From Mustelus asterias (Eukaryota), in contig NC_135807.1 in NCBI RefSeq assembly GCF_964213995.1, positions 140,678,001 to 140,742,000 of the forward strand: 64,000 nt of DNA, given 5' to 3'. Below, piece by piece: positions 13,386-26,479 of this stretch. The notes beneath the pieces were generated by a model. It was not told the DNA's origin, did not search any database, and worked only from the letters and a program-made list of their open reading frames with translations. Each line of letters starts with the position of its first letter. Position 1 is the stretch's first letter. The position numbers were made by a program, and so were the translations under genes.

Positions 13386-15293
13386 ATCTACCTGGTCAAT
13401 GTGTACAATTGCTCAGGTAAGTCTGATGAATGAAAAGCAAGACAAACCGAATCAACCAATTACTTCTCCATCAGTCTAACAAGCAGTATTTACATAATGA
13501 TAATCTGTTCACTGATGCTCAGCTTATCAGCTTCAGACCTTATCAAAATTTTGGTCCAAATAGAAGTCAGATAAGAGAGACATATGAACAATTGTGATAA
13601 CTGTCACAAATTTTTATTTTTGATTTGATTCATTATTGTCACATGTATTAGTATACAGTGAAAAGTATTGTTTCTTGTGTGCTTATTGGGGCAGAAGGAG
13701 GCCATTCGTCCATTTGTATTTGCACTGGCTCTCCAAATGAGCATGATAACTTACGTCTTTTCATCATGGCCTTGAACATTAGGAGCAGGGGTAGGCCACT
13801 CAGCCCTTCCAGCCTGCTCGGCCATCCAATAAGATCATGGCTGATCTGACTGTAACCTCATGCTTACCCTGACAATTTTCACACCTCATTTATCAATAAT
13901 CCGTCTATCACTGCCTTGAAAACATTCAAAGACTCTGCTTTCTCTGCCTTTTGAGGAAGGGAGTTCCAAAGGCCCACTACTCTCCAAGCCAAAAAATTCT
14001 CCTCATATCTCTTTTAAATAGATGACCTCTTATTTTTAAAGTGACCCCTTGTTCTAGATTCTCCAACAACAGGAAACATCCTCTCCACATCCACCTTTTC
14101 AAGGCCTTCAGGATCTTAAATGTTTCAATCAAGTCACCACTAATACTAAATTCCATCGTGTACAAATGTAATATGTCCAATCTTTCCTGTCAATTTGGTC
14201 CATCACACTTATGCTGGCCTTCTAAAAGAGCTGTTTATAATATTTATCCACTTAAAAACCATTATATATTTTACTTCCACTGCTATTTTTGGTAGGACAT
14301 TTCATGAGCTAACAACAATCTTTATTTATTTGATGATTCTGCAGCTAAAATCAAGCCATTGGTTGTGAACTCAGTGGCCTGTTTTTCCAGGTTTACTTCA
14401 GCCAGACAACTATTTGTATTTAGTGTCAAATAATGTAAATGTCAAAGGAGAGCAATTAGACAGAAATTCACCAAGCCAAGGAATGAGATATTGGGATGAG
14501 TGGCTAAACCTTAGTCAAAGTCATAAGTGTCTTAAAGGAGGAGGGAGCGTTGGTGAAGCAAAGAGGTTTAGGAAAGAAATTCCAGAGTTTAGGACCTCAT
14601 TGTCTGAAAGTAAGCATATAAAATGTCAGAAAAAGATTAACTGATCCATCAAAGTGTCCCATCTGACACATTGCAAGGTATATTAACCACCATTTCCATC
14701 TTTCCAACCTCTGCCTCCACATTCACATAATCTCCGGGAATAAACAGAACAATTGGCTATTATGGGATGGGATTGGCAGGGAAAGCTCTGGAAAATTCCT
14801 CTTCATGCCCCAGAAGCAATTAAGAAAACTCCAGGAGACTACAGTAACTGATCCATCTAACCTCTACTTACTTGATGTCGTAATAGAGGCAGAAACTGGT
14901 AGAATTCTCTTTTAAGCATTTGCTGCAAATATGCACTCACTAAATGATGTTGACAATTCTGAAAAGAATGCATCCAAGCACCTAATCTCACCAAATGCTT
15001 TGGTAGCTTATTTGGGGGCCTGTACATCTTGCCCTGCCTTTCAAGTCTATCCATGTGGACAGAATCTTAACAATTCCATTATTTTAAAAACCTCAACATA
15101 TACCCTCAAAGTCTATGTTTTTCCTGTGAAATATACTGATATGGGGAGACAGTACAAAATAAAGTGGGAAGACTATAAAATAAAGGGAGAAACTCTTAAG
15201 GCATTGCAAGAATAGAGGGACCTCAGTATATATGCACATATGTCACTGAAGATGACAGGGAATGTTGAAAAAGACAGGTACATGGATAGGAAA

Positions 15294-15912
15294 TGTAAGG
15301 GGAAAAATACAAGGGAGCACACTTTAAAATGGCTGCCTGGCACATAAAGGGTTAACTGGGAAAGCCAAAAGAGCAGACACAGGCTCCTGCTGTTCAGAAA
15401 AACCTAACAGACAAGCCACTTCCAAAGTACTGACAGTGACTCATAGCAAACAAACACCTCAGGAAGCCAAGCCAAGGGTCAAAACATCTTTTTAAGATAA
15501 GGAAACCCCAAAACAAAGAGCTTAGATTAACATTAAAGGAAGGCGGGAAATATGAATGCGAGGGAACCGATTAGCACCTGAACGAGACGAAACTAGCCAT
15601 TGATAGATACAGACATAAGGAGATGTACCCATTCATAAAATGTTAAATGTCTATACCTGTTTGTACTTTTGTAAACATGAGGAAATGTACCCATTCATAA
15701 AATGTTAAATACTTGTGCTCACTTAAACAATGTGATAATGTTCGAATCACCGGTTTACCCATTGTGTAAAGGGTATAAAAATGAACCGCTCCCGACATAC
15801 TATTGAGAGAAGGTTTGCTACAGACCAATGTGCCTTGTCTCCACGGATCCGTTTAATAAATCGTATTTTCTGAATCTCAAAGTCTGACTACTAGTGGATT
15901 TTTCCCACAACA
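15294..15912 (+). mobile_element. Solo LTR (619 bp) with 4-bp TSD GAAA
   Basis: TG...CA termini (TGTAAGGGGAAAAA...TTTTTCCCACAACA), GAAA on both sides, TATAAAA near 15774, AATAAA near 15855. Related copy at 23964-24554. Confidence 0.85.
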
Positions 15913-16033
15913 GAAAGATGTAGAGGGATATGGGCCAAATGCAGGCAAATGGGACTAGTTCAGTTTAGGAAACCCGGTCAGCGTGGACGAGTTGGGCCTG
16001 AAGAGTCTGTTTCTGTGCTACATATCTCTATTA

Positions 16034-16298
16034 GGGGAGGTGATGGCCTAGTGGTATTATTGCCAGACTATTAATCCAGAAACTCAGCTAATGTTCTGGG
16101 GACCTGGGTTTGAATCCCGCCACGGCAGCTGGTGGAATTTGAATTCAGTTAAAAAATCTGGAATAAAGAATCTACAGATGACTACGAAACCATTGTTGAT
16201 TGTCGGAAAAACCCCATCTGGTTCACTAATGTCCTTTAGAGAAGGAAATCAGCCATCCTTACCTGGTTTAGCCTACATGTGACTCCAGAGCCAATGTG
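16034..16298 (+). mobile_element. tRNA-derived Deu-SINE-type (SacSINE1-like) element, 5' part; its L2-like tail resumes at about 18667-18726 after a CR1 insertion
   Basis: A/B-box-like head (TGGCCTAGTGG...GGTTTGAATCCC). Tail GATGGGCAGTAAATGCTGGCC...ATGAATGAATAAAA after the LINE. Confidence 0.7.
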
Positions 16299-18666
16299 GG
16301 AGCCCACGAGGGAACAGGCTATTCTGGACTTAGTGTTATGTAATGAGCCAGACGTGATAAAAGATCTTAAAGTAAGGGAACACTTAGGAAGCAGTGATCA
16401 TAATATGGTAGAATTCAGTCTGCAATTTGAAAAAAGGAAGGCAGAATCAGATGTGAAGGTTCTACAGTTAAATAAAGGTAATTACAGGCGCATGAGGGAG
16501 GAACTGACAAAAATCGACTGGAAGCAGAGCCTAATGGGAAAGACAGTAGAACAGCAATGGCAGGAGTTTCTGGGAGTAATTGAGGACACAGTGCAGAGGT
16601 TCATCCCAAACAAAAGAAAGGTTATCAGAGGGGGGATTAGGCAGCCATGGCTGACAAAGGAAGTCAGGGAATGCATCAAGGCAAAAGAGAGAGCCTATAA
16701 TGTGGCAAAGAGTAGTGGGAAGTCAGAAGATTGGGAAGGCTATAAAAACAAACAGAGGATAACAAAGAGAGAAATAAGGAAGGAGAGGATCAAATATGAA
16801 GGTAGGCTAGCCAGTAACATTAGGAATGATAGTAAAAGTTTCTTTAAATACATTAAAAACAAACGGGAGGCAAAAGTAGACATTGGGCCGCTCCAAAATG
16901 ACGCTGGTAATCTAGTGATGGGAGACAAGGAAATAGCTGAGGAACTTAATAAGTACTTTGCGTCAGTCTTCACAGTAGAAGACATGAGTAATATCCCAAC
17001 AATTCAGGAAAGTCAGGGGGCAGAGTTGAATATGGTTGCCATCACAAAGGAGAAAGTGCTAGAGAAACTAAAAGGTCTGAAAATTGATAAATCTCCGGGC
17101 CCAGATGGGCTACATCCTAGAGTTCTAAAGGAGATAGCTGAAGAAATAGTGGAGGCGTTAGTTATGATCTTTCAAAGGTCACTGGAGTCAGGGAAAGTCC
17201 CAGAGGATTGGAAAATCGCTGTTGTAACCCCACTGTTCAAGAAGGGAACAAGAAAAAAGATGGAAAATTATAGGCCAATTAGCCTAACCTCAGTTGTTGG
17301 CAAAATTCTAGAATCCATCGTTAAGGATGAGATTTCTAAATTCTTGGAAGTGCAGGGTCGGATTAAGACAAGTCAGCATGGATTTAGTAAGGGGAGGTCG
17401 TGCCTGACAAACCTGTTAGAGTTCTTTGAAGAGATAACAAATAGGTTAGACCAAGGAGAGCCAATGGATGTTATCTATCTTGACTTCCAAAAGGCCTTTG
17501 ACAAGGTGCCTCACGGGAGACTGCTGAGTAAAATAAGGGCCCATGGTATTCGAGGCAAGGTACTAACATGGATTGACGATTGGCTGTCAGACAGAAGGCA
17601 GAGAGTTGGGATAAAAGGTTCTTTCTCAGAATGGCAACCGGTGACAAGTGGTGTCCCGCAGGGTTCAGTGTTGGGGCCACAGCTGTTCTCTTTATATATT
17701 AACGATCTAGATGACGGGACTGGGAGCATTCTGGCCAAGTTTGCCGATGATACAAAGATAGGTGGAGGGGCAGGTAGTATTGAGGAGGTGGGGAGGCTGC
17801 AGAAAGATTTAGACAGTTTAGGAGAGTGGTCCAAGAAGTGGCTGATGAAATTCAACGTGGGCAAGTGCGAGGTCGTACACTTTGGAAAAAAGAATAGGGG
17901 CATGGACTATTTTCTAAACGGTGACAAAATTCATAATGCTAAAGTGCAAAGGGACTTGGGAGTCCTAGTCCAGGATTCTCTAAAGGTAAACTTGCAGGTT
18001 GAGTCCGTAATTAAGAAAGCAAATGTAATGTTGTCATTTATCTCAAGAGGCTTGGAATACAAAAGCAGGGATGTACTTCTGAGGCTTTATAAAGCACTGG
18101 TTAGGCCCCATTTGGAGTACTGTGAGCAATTTTGGGCCCCACACCTCAGGAAGGACATACTGGCACTGGAGCGGGTCCAGCGGAGATTCACACGGATGAT
18201 CCCAGGAATGGTAGGCCTGACATACGATGAACGTCTGAGGATCGTGGGATTATATTCATTGGAGTTTAGGAGGTTGAGGGGAGATCTGATAGAAACTTAC
18301 AAGATAATGAACGGCTTAGATAGGATGGACGTAGGGAAGTTGTTTCCATTAACAGGGGAGACTAGGACGCGGGGGCACAGCCTTAGAATAAAAGGGAGTC
18401 ACTTTAGAACAGAGATGAGGAGAAATTTCTTCAGCCAGAGAGTGGTGGGTCTGTGGAATTCATTGCCACAGAGGGCTGTGGAGGCCGAGACGTTGAGCGT
18501 CTTCAAGACAGAAATTGATAAATTCTTGATTTCTCGAGGAATTAAGGGCTATGGGGAGAGAGCGGGTAAATGGAGTTGAAATCAACCATGATTGAATGGT
18601 GGAGTGGACTCGATGGGCCGAATGGCCTTACTTCCGCTCCTATGTCTTATGGTCTTATGGTCTTAT
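16299..18666 (+). mobile_element. 5'-truncated young CR1 LINE with an uninterrupted ORF2 C-terminal portion (RT)
   Basis: 766-aa ORF 16279-18579 with complete RT motifs; (TCTTATGG)n tail. Confidence 0.93.
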
Positions 18667-20083
18667 GGATGGGCAGTAAATGCTGGCCAGCCAGTGATGC
18701 ACATGTCCCATGAATGAATAAAAAAAGGACAGTCCACCCTTTCCAGGTATTGGTCTGGTAAATCTTCTCTGAACTACTTCAAATGAAGACATGCTCAACC
18801 TTTTTGCTCAGATGGGGGGAGGGTGTTACATTTGCATATTTCTGTCATTCAAGAGGCTGAGGACCAAATTTCTGAAAGAAGAGGTTTGGTGCAACAAAAA
18901 ACTGAGTAAACTGAAATTTAAACAAAGAAGCTTATTAAAATGATGAGAAATTGTGGAGCTCTGAGATGCAGAGGGATCTGGGTGTCCTAGTGCATGAATT
19001 ATAAAAGGCTAGTATGCAAGTACAGCAAGTAATTAGGAAAGCTAACAGAACAGGGGTCGATTAAAGGATGAGTGGTTAGGGGACAGAGGGTTAGGAGGTA
19101 GGAGAGGGTGTAAGAGAGGTGGGGTAGAGGAGCAGATGAGGAATGGGGTAGTGGAAGGGTTGGGGTGTAGGGGAGGGGAGTGGGAGGGGATACGATTAGG
19201 GTAGGAATGGGCAAAGGGAAGTGAGGGGGAAGGGGGTAGAGGAGGTGGGGTAGGGGGTGGGGAGTAGGGCAGTGGATAAGGGGCATTACGGGAAGGGTTG
19301 GGTGAGGAAGTAAGGGAGGAAAGTAGTTGGGGCGAGGTGGAAGGTTTTGGTGGAGGGATATTGGGTGACTATTTTTGAGCTTTAATGACTAAATGTAGAG
19401 ATGGCGGGTTGAAGACGAATGGATAATGAGCAGTGGCCAGAAATGCTATTCTCATGCATCACGTTTTTGGAACTCAGATTTACAGGTGGCAACAGCAAGA
19501 ATATCAGTCAGATTTGGCAGTCACTCGGAAGTACCTCCAGCGCTTTTTTCTCGTTATTTAATGATGGCCAAAGGGACAAAGGGAATGTCTGAATGCTCTG
19601 GGACAGAACACCTGACCCATCACCTTACTAACGCAAACTCCACAATCTGACAGTGTCCGAGGAACTCAGACAATCCAGTTTAACAGCGAGGCAGATACAG
19701 GAGTTGTGCTCGAAGAGTTTTGCAGAACTCTCCGGTGGCTGAGGCCCCAGTCTTTTCCCACATATAAAACAAATGGACAACTGGAAGAAATGCGGTTGAT
19801 ACCTGGGAATCTGGGTGAGTCGGTGATCAGTAATGACTGAATCCACAATGTGTTCACGAGGGAATTCTAGAATTTTGACCCAGTGATAATGAGGAAATGA
19901 CGAGAGGTGAAGCAAGTAGATGACGTTGGAAATCTGCCAGAAAGGCGCGGTTGGTGCCCCAGGAGGGAGCAATATAACAGAGCCGCCCCATTCACTGCCA
20001 GCAAGTCGAGTATCAGGCGGGGTGTTTTGTCAGTCTTTGTCCTGTATTATTTAATGTCGATGTTAATAACTCAGGCTGAAAAC

Positions 20084-20123
20084 ATGGTTCTGCGTTGGCT
20101 GGTTTTAGTTACATTTTTTCTAC
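20084..20123 (+). CDS. TRGV: TCR gamma V2 leader exon (MVLRWLVLVTFFL, phase-1 donor GTAAGT)
   Basis: ATG at 20084, signal peptide, consensus donor at 20124. Confidence 0.92.
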
Positions 20124-20209
20124 GTAAGTTGATTAATGCATCAGCTACATTTTATTTGTTACCTTTAGACTTTAAAACTAGTTGTAATTCGGTATTTATT
20201 TTTCCACAG

Positions 20210-20510
20210 ATGGATATTTTGCTCAAGATTTGAAACAGGAGCAACTGTCAATGACCAAGAAACGGGGGCAATTTTTGACAATTACTTGTGAACTGGGTCA
20301 ATCCGTCAGCACCACCATCATCCATTGGTACAAACAGGCAGCGGGAGGGCCGCCCGTTCGGGTGCTCTACTTCGATGGAACTAAACATCTGGATAGTACA
20401 TCGGACCGAAGGTTTGATTCGGAGAAGACTGGATCGAAACAATACAATCTGCGTATTCAGAATATAAAGGCAGAGGATTCCGCCATCTATTACTGCGCCT
20501 ATTGGAAAGA
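20210..20510 (+). CDS. TRGV: TCR gamma variable exon V2 (GYFAQDLKQEQLSMTK...ITC...IIHWYKQ...EDSAIYYCAYWK)
   Basis: TTTCCACAG acceptor, intact V-set framework, IHWY and YYCAYW motifs, RSS follows. Confidence 0.95.
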
Positions 20511-20549
20511 CACAGCATTAAACAGCAATTCAACCCGCTTACAAAAACT
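20511..20549 (+). promoter_or_regulatory. V2 RSS, 23-bp spacer (CACAGCA-23-ACAAAAACT)
   Basis: Near-consensus heptamer and nonamer with an exact 23-nt spacer. Confidence 0.93.
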
Positions 20550-20646
20550 CTCAACGCGTTACAACTCAAACACCACCTCAAAACCACATCCCATTTAGCT
20601 GATAACTGCCACAACCTTCAGTTAAAGGTTTACTCTGCCGCGTATC

Positions 20647-23600
20647 AAAGAACAAAAGAACAAATAACATTACAGCACAGGAACAGGCCCTTCGGCCCTC
20701 CAAGCCTGCACCAACCATGCTGCCCGACTGAACTAAAACCCCCTACCCTTCTGGGGACCATATCCCTCCGTTCCCATCCTATTCATGTATTTGTCCAGAC
20801 CCCCCTTAAAACTCACTATCATATCTGCTTCCACGACCTGCCCTAGCAGCGAGTTCCAGGCACTCGCCAACCTCTGTAAAAAACTTGCCTCGTACATCTC
20901 CTTTAAACCTTGCCCCTCGGACCTTAAACCTATGCCCCCTAGTAATTGACTCTTCCACCGTGGGAAAAAGCTTCTGACTATCAATTCTGTCCATGCCCCT
21001 CATAATCTTGTAGACTTCTATCAGGTCGCCCCTTAACATCCGTCGTTCTAGTGAGAACAAACCAAGTTTCTCCAACCTCTCCTCATAGCTAATGCCCTCC
21101 ATGCCAGGCAACATCCTGGTAAATCTTTTCTGTACCCTCTCCAAAGCCTCCACATCCTTCAGGTAGTGTGGTGACCAGAATTGAACACTATATTCCAAGT
21201 GGGGCCTAACTAAAGTTCTATAAAGCTGTAACATGACTTGCCAATTTTTAAACTCAATGCCCCGGCCGATGAAGGCAAGCATGCCGTATGCCTTCTTGAC
21301 TACCTTCTCCCCCTGCGTTGCCACTTTCAGTGACCTGTGTACCTGTACACCCAGATCCCTCTGCCTATCAATACTCTTAAGGGTTCTGCCATTTATTGTA
21401 TATTTCCTATCTGTATTAGGTGTTCCAAAATGCATTACCTCACATTTGTCTGGATTAAACTCCATCTGCCATCTCTCCGCCCAAGTCTCCAACTGATCTA
21501 TATCCGGCTGTATCCTCTGATGGTCCTCATCACTATCCACAAATTCACCAACCTTTGTGTCATCTGCAAACTTACTAATCAAACCAGTTACATTTTCTTC
21601 GAAATCATTTATATATATTACAAACAGCAAAGGTCCCAGCACTGATCCCTGAGGAACAGCACTTGTCACAGCCCTCCATTCAGAAATACACCCTTCCCTG
21701 CTACTCTCTGTCTTCCATGACCGAGCCAGTTCTGTATCCACATTGCCAGCTCACCTCTGATCCCGTGTAACTTCACCTTCTGCACCAGTCTGCCATGAGG
21801 GACCTCGACAAAGGCCTTACTGAAGTCCATGTAGACAGCATCCACTGCTAGGGGACCCGCAATTTCTTCCTAGCCTCCCACAATGTCCTGGGATACACTT
21901 AATCAGGTCCCGGGGATTTATCTACCTTGATGCGCTTTAAGACTTCCAGCACCTCCTTCTCTGTAATATGTACACTCTCAAGACATCATTATTTATTTCC
22001 CCAAGTTCCCTAACATCCATGCTTTTCTCACAGTAAATAATTATGAGAAACATTCATTTAGGGTCTCACCCATCCCTTGTGGATCTGCACATAGATGGCC
22101 TTCTTGATCCTTAAGAGGCCATACTCTCTCCCTTGTTACTCTTTTGCCCTTTATGTATTTGTAGAAGCTGTTTGGATTCTCCTTTGCCTTATCTGCCAAA
22201 ACAATCTCGTGTCCCTTTTGCCCTCCTGATTTCTCTCTTAACTCTACTCCTACACCCCCTATACACTTCAAGAGATTCACTTGATCCCAGCTGCCTATGC
22301 ATGTCATGTGCCTCCTTCTTTTTGAGCAGGGCCTCAATACCCCGAGTCATCCAGGGTTCCCGACTTCTGCCAGACTTGCCTTTCACTCGAAAAGGAATGT
22401 GTTTACCCTGAACACACTTTTGAAAGCCTCCCACTCGCCAGACATCCCTTTGCCTTCCCACGGACTCCCCCAATTAACTTTTGAAAGTTCCTGCCTGATA
22501 CCATCAAAATTGGCCTTGCCCCAATTTAGAATTTTAACTTTTGGGCCAGACCTATCATTCTCTATAGCTATCTTAAAACTAATAGAATTATGGTCACTGG
22601 TTCCAAAGTGATCCCTCACTAACACTTCTGTCACCTGCCTTTCCTTATTTCCCAAGAGGAGGTCAAGTTTTGCCCCCTCTCTAGTCGGGCCATCCACATA
22701 CTGAATGAGAAATTCCTCCTGAATACACTCAACAAATTTCTCTCCATCCAACCCTTTAATACTTTGGCTGTCCCAGTCAATGTTGGGAAAGTTAAAATCT
22801 CCGACTATTACCACAATATTTTTCTTGGAGCTATCTGTAATCTCCTTACATATTTGCTCCTCAATTTCCCGCCGACTATAGTACAACCCTATCAAAGTGA
22901 CTTCCCCTTTCGTATTTCTCACTTCTACACATATAGACTCAGTGGCCGAACCCTCGGATATATCCCCTCTCTGTGCTGCCGTGATGTTTTCCCTAATCAA
23001 AAGTGCAACTCCCCCTCCTCTCTTACCTCCTGTTTTATCTTTCCTCTCGCATCTGTACCCTGGAACATTGAGCTGCCAGTCCCGTCCCTCCCTTAGCCAT
23101 GTTTCAGTAATTGCTATAATATCCCAGTCCCACGTACCCATCCATGCCCTGAGTTCATCTGCCTTGCCTGTCAGGCCTCTTGCATTGAAATAAATGCAAT
23201 TTAATCTGGACTTCCCTTGCTCTCTGTCTTGCTTTTGCCTGATCTGTTTGGTTATAGAATTACTGACACTGCCTTTACTACTTAATGCACTCTCTTTAAC
23301 TTCTGTGCTGTCCTCAACCTTCTCTTCTCTCTCCCTACTGCTTTGGATCCCACCCCCCGGCCAAACTAGTTTAAACCCTCCCGAGTGGCTCTAGCAAATC
23401 TCCCCGCCAGGGTGTTAGTCCCCCTCCAGTTCAGGTGCAACCCATCCCACTTGAACAGGTCACCCCTTCCCCAGAAAAGATCCCAATGATCCAAAAATCT
23501 AAATCCCTGCCCCCTGCACCAGCTCTGAAGCCACGCATTCATCTTCCTAATCTTCCTATTCCTACTCTCACTAGCACATGGCACCGGTAGTAGTTCCGAA

Positions 23601-24815
23601 ATTACTACATTCGAGGTCCTGCACTTTAGCCTTCTGCCTAACTCTCTATATTCACACTTCAGGAGCTCATCCCTTTTCCCACCTATGGAACCAATATGTG
23701 CAACAACTTCTGGCTGCTCACCCTCCCCCTTAAGAATGTCCTGCAATCGCTCAGAGACGTCCTTGACCCTGGCACCAGGGAGGCAACACACCATCCTGGA
23801 GTCTCGATTGCAGCCACAGTAACGCCTGTCTGTGCCTCTAACTAGCGAGTCCCCTATTACTACTGCTCACTTGCTCTTTGCCCGACCCTGTCCCACAGCA
23901 GAACCAGGTGTGGTGCCACAGGCCTGGCTGCCGCTGGTATCTCCCCCTGACAGGCTATCCCCCTGTTGTGGGAAAAATGCCACTAGTTGTCAGATCTCAA
24001 GGTTCCAAAAATACAGTTTATTCAACGGAGCTCCGTGGAGACAAGGCACAAGTCAGTAGCAAACCTTTGCTCAGTAAAATGACTGGAACGGTCCATCTTT
24101 ATACTTTTTACACAATAGATGGACCGGAGATTTGAACATTATCACATCGTTATAGGCAGATACAAACAGATACAAACATTTAACATAGTATTGTTCTTAT
24201 GAATGGGTACATTTCCTATGTCTGTGGCTATCAATGGTTGGTTTCGGCTCATTCAGGTGCTAATCGGTTTTCCCGCATTCATATTTTCCCACTCTTTCTA
24301 TGACTAATCTACTCCCTTTGTCTCGGGTTTTCCCTTATCTAAAGGATGTCTCGATCCTTGGCTGGCTTCCTGAGGTGTTTGTTAACTTTAAATCACTGTC
24401 TGTGATTCTAAATGGCTCGTCTGTTGGGTTTGATTTCAAGTGATCTTTGTCTAAGTGGAAGCCGGTGTCTGTTTTATGGTTCCTTTCCCAGTTAACTCTT
24501 TGTGTGCCAGGCAGTTATTTTAAAGTGTGCTTTCCTTACGTTTTTCCCCTTACACCCCTCAACAGTATCCAAAACGATATACCTGTTTGAAAGGGGAAAA
24601 GCCATAGGAGACTCCTGCACTACCTGCCTGCTTCTCCTGGCGGTCACCCATCTACCTGTCTGAACCTGTGGTGTGACAACCTCCCTGTAACGAGTGTCTA
24701 TCACACTCTCTGCCTCCTGTATGCTCCGCAGTGCATCCACCTGCCGCTCCAACTGAGCGGTCTGTGAGGAGCTGCAACTGGACACACTTCCTGCAGACAA
24801 AGTTGTCAGGGAGAT
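20647..24815 (-). mobile_element. Decayed near full-length CR1 LINE with internal deletions, interrupted by a solo LTR
   Basis: Minus-strand ORFs for RT (20806-21741), APE (22383-23141), esterase (23366-23794) and ORF1 N-terminus (to about 24800). Tail about 100 bp downstream of the V2 RSS. Confidence 0.9.
23964..24554 (-). mobile_element. Solo LTR (591 bp), same family as 15294-15912, 4-bp TSD CCCC
   Basis: Reverse-complement termini match the first LTR, CCCC flanks both ends, and it splits CR1 ORF1. Confidence 0.85.
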
Positions 24816-25058
24816 TAGAAAAACTCGATCAAGTTAGTGATTCACGACTTCCCCTTCACAAAACCATGTTGCATCACGCTGATACATCCATTTATTTCCA
24901 AGTGGGAGTAAATCCTGTCTCGAAGAATCCTCTCCAATAATTTCCCTACCACTGATATAAGACTCACCGGCCTGTAATTACCTGGATTATTCTTGCTGCC
25001 CTTCTTAAACAAAGGAACAACATTGGCTATTCTCCAATCCTCTGGGACCTCCCATTTA

Positions 25059-26255
25059 ATGTGGAGATGCCGGCGTTGGACTGGGGTAAGCACAGTAAGA
25101 AGTCTCGCAACACCAGGTTAAAGTCCAACAGGTTTATTTGGCAGCATTAGCTTTCGGCGTCTCGGGCTCCTTTATCAGGTGAGTGGGAGTTGTGTTCACA
25201 AACAGGGCATATACAGACACAAACTCAATTTACAAAATAATGGTTGGAATGTGAGTTTTTACAGGTAATCAAGTCTTAAAGGTACAGATAATGTGAGTGG
25301 AAAGAGGGCCAAGCACAGGTTAAAGAGATGTATATTGTCTCCAGCCAGGACAGTTAGTGAGATTTTGCAAGCCCAGGCAAGTCGTGGGGGTTACAGATAG
25401 TGTGACATGAACCCAAGATCCCAGTTGAGGCCGTCCTCATGTGTACGGAACGTGGCTATCAGTTTCTGCTCAGCAATTCTGTGTTGTCGTGTGTCGTGAA
25501 GGCCGCCTTGGAGAACGCTTACCCGAAGATCAGAGGCTGAATGCCCGTGACTGCTGAAGTGTTCCCCGACTGGAAGGGAACACTCTTGCCTGGTGATTGT
25601 CGAGCGGTGTTCATTCATCCGTTGTCGTAGCGTCTGTACGGTCTCCCCAATGTACCATGCCTCGGGACACCCTTTCCTGCAGCGTATCAGGTAGACAATG
25701 TTGGCCGAGTTGCAAGAGTATGTACCGTGTACCTGGTGGATGGTGTTCTCACATGAGATGATGGCATCCGTGTTGATGATCCAGCATGTCTTGCAGAGGT
25801 TGCTGTGACAGGGTGTGTGGTGTCGTGGTCACTGTTCTCCTGAAGGCTGAATTTGTGACAATGCAGAATCCCTGAGCAGTAACTGATAGCTAGGTTCCGC
25901 ACACACGAGGATGGCCTCAACCGTGATCTTGGGTTCATGTCACACTATCTGTAACCCCCACGACTTGCCTGGGCTTGCAAAATCTCACTAACTGTCCTGG
26001 CTGGAGACAATACACACCTCTTTCACCTGTGCTTGGCCCTCTCTCCACTCACATTATCTGTACCTTTAAGACTTGATTATCTGTAAAGACTCACATTCCA
26101 ACCATTATCTTGTAAATTGAGTTTGTGTCTCTATATGCCCTGTTTGTGAACACAGCTCTTCACTCACCTGATGAAGGAGCCGGAGACTCTGAAAGCTATT
26201 GCTGCCAAATAAACCTGTTGGACTTTAACCTGATGTTGTGAGATTTCTTACTGTA
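25059..26255 (-). mobile_element. Penelope-like element 3' fragment (GIY-YIG endonuclease C-terminus) with an inverted terminal duplication and hammerhead-like cores
   Basis: ORF 25391-25618 (MNEHR...VGEHFS..GHS...EQKLI..FRT...GLN) is typical of PLE endonuclease ends. About 25857-26255 is an inverted copy of about 25090-25485. CTGATGA...GAAA at 26168-26194. Confidence 0.82.
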
Positions 26256-26257
26256 CT

Positions 26258-26479
26258 GCCCAAAGATGTGCGGGTTAGGTTGATTGGCCAGGTTAAAAAT
26301 TGCCCCTTAGAGTCCTGGGATGCGTAGGTTAGAGGGATTAGTGGGTAAATTAGCGGGTAAAAAAAAAAGGGATTAGTGGGTAGGGCCTGGGTGGGATTGT
26401 GGTCGGTGCAGACTCGATGGGCCGAATGGCCTACTTCTGCACTGTAGGGTTTCTATGATTCTATGATTTCTATGATTCT
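26258..26479 (+). mobile_element. HE1-type SINE 3' half
   Basis: Matches SINE copies at 53453-53780 and 57815-58112; (TTTCTATGA)n tail. Confidence 0.75.
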
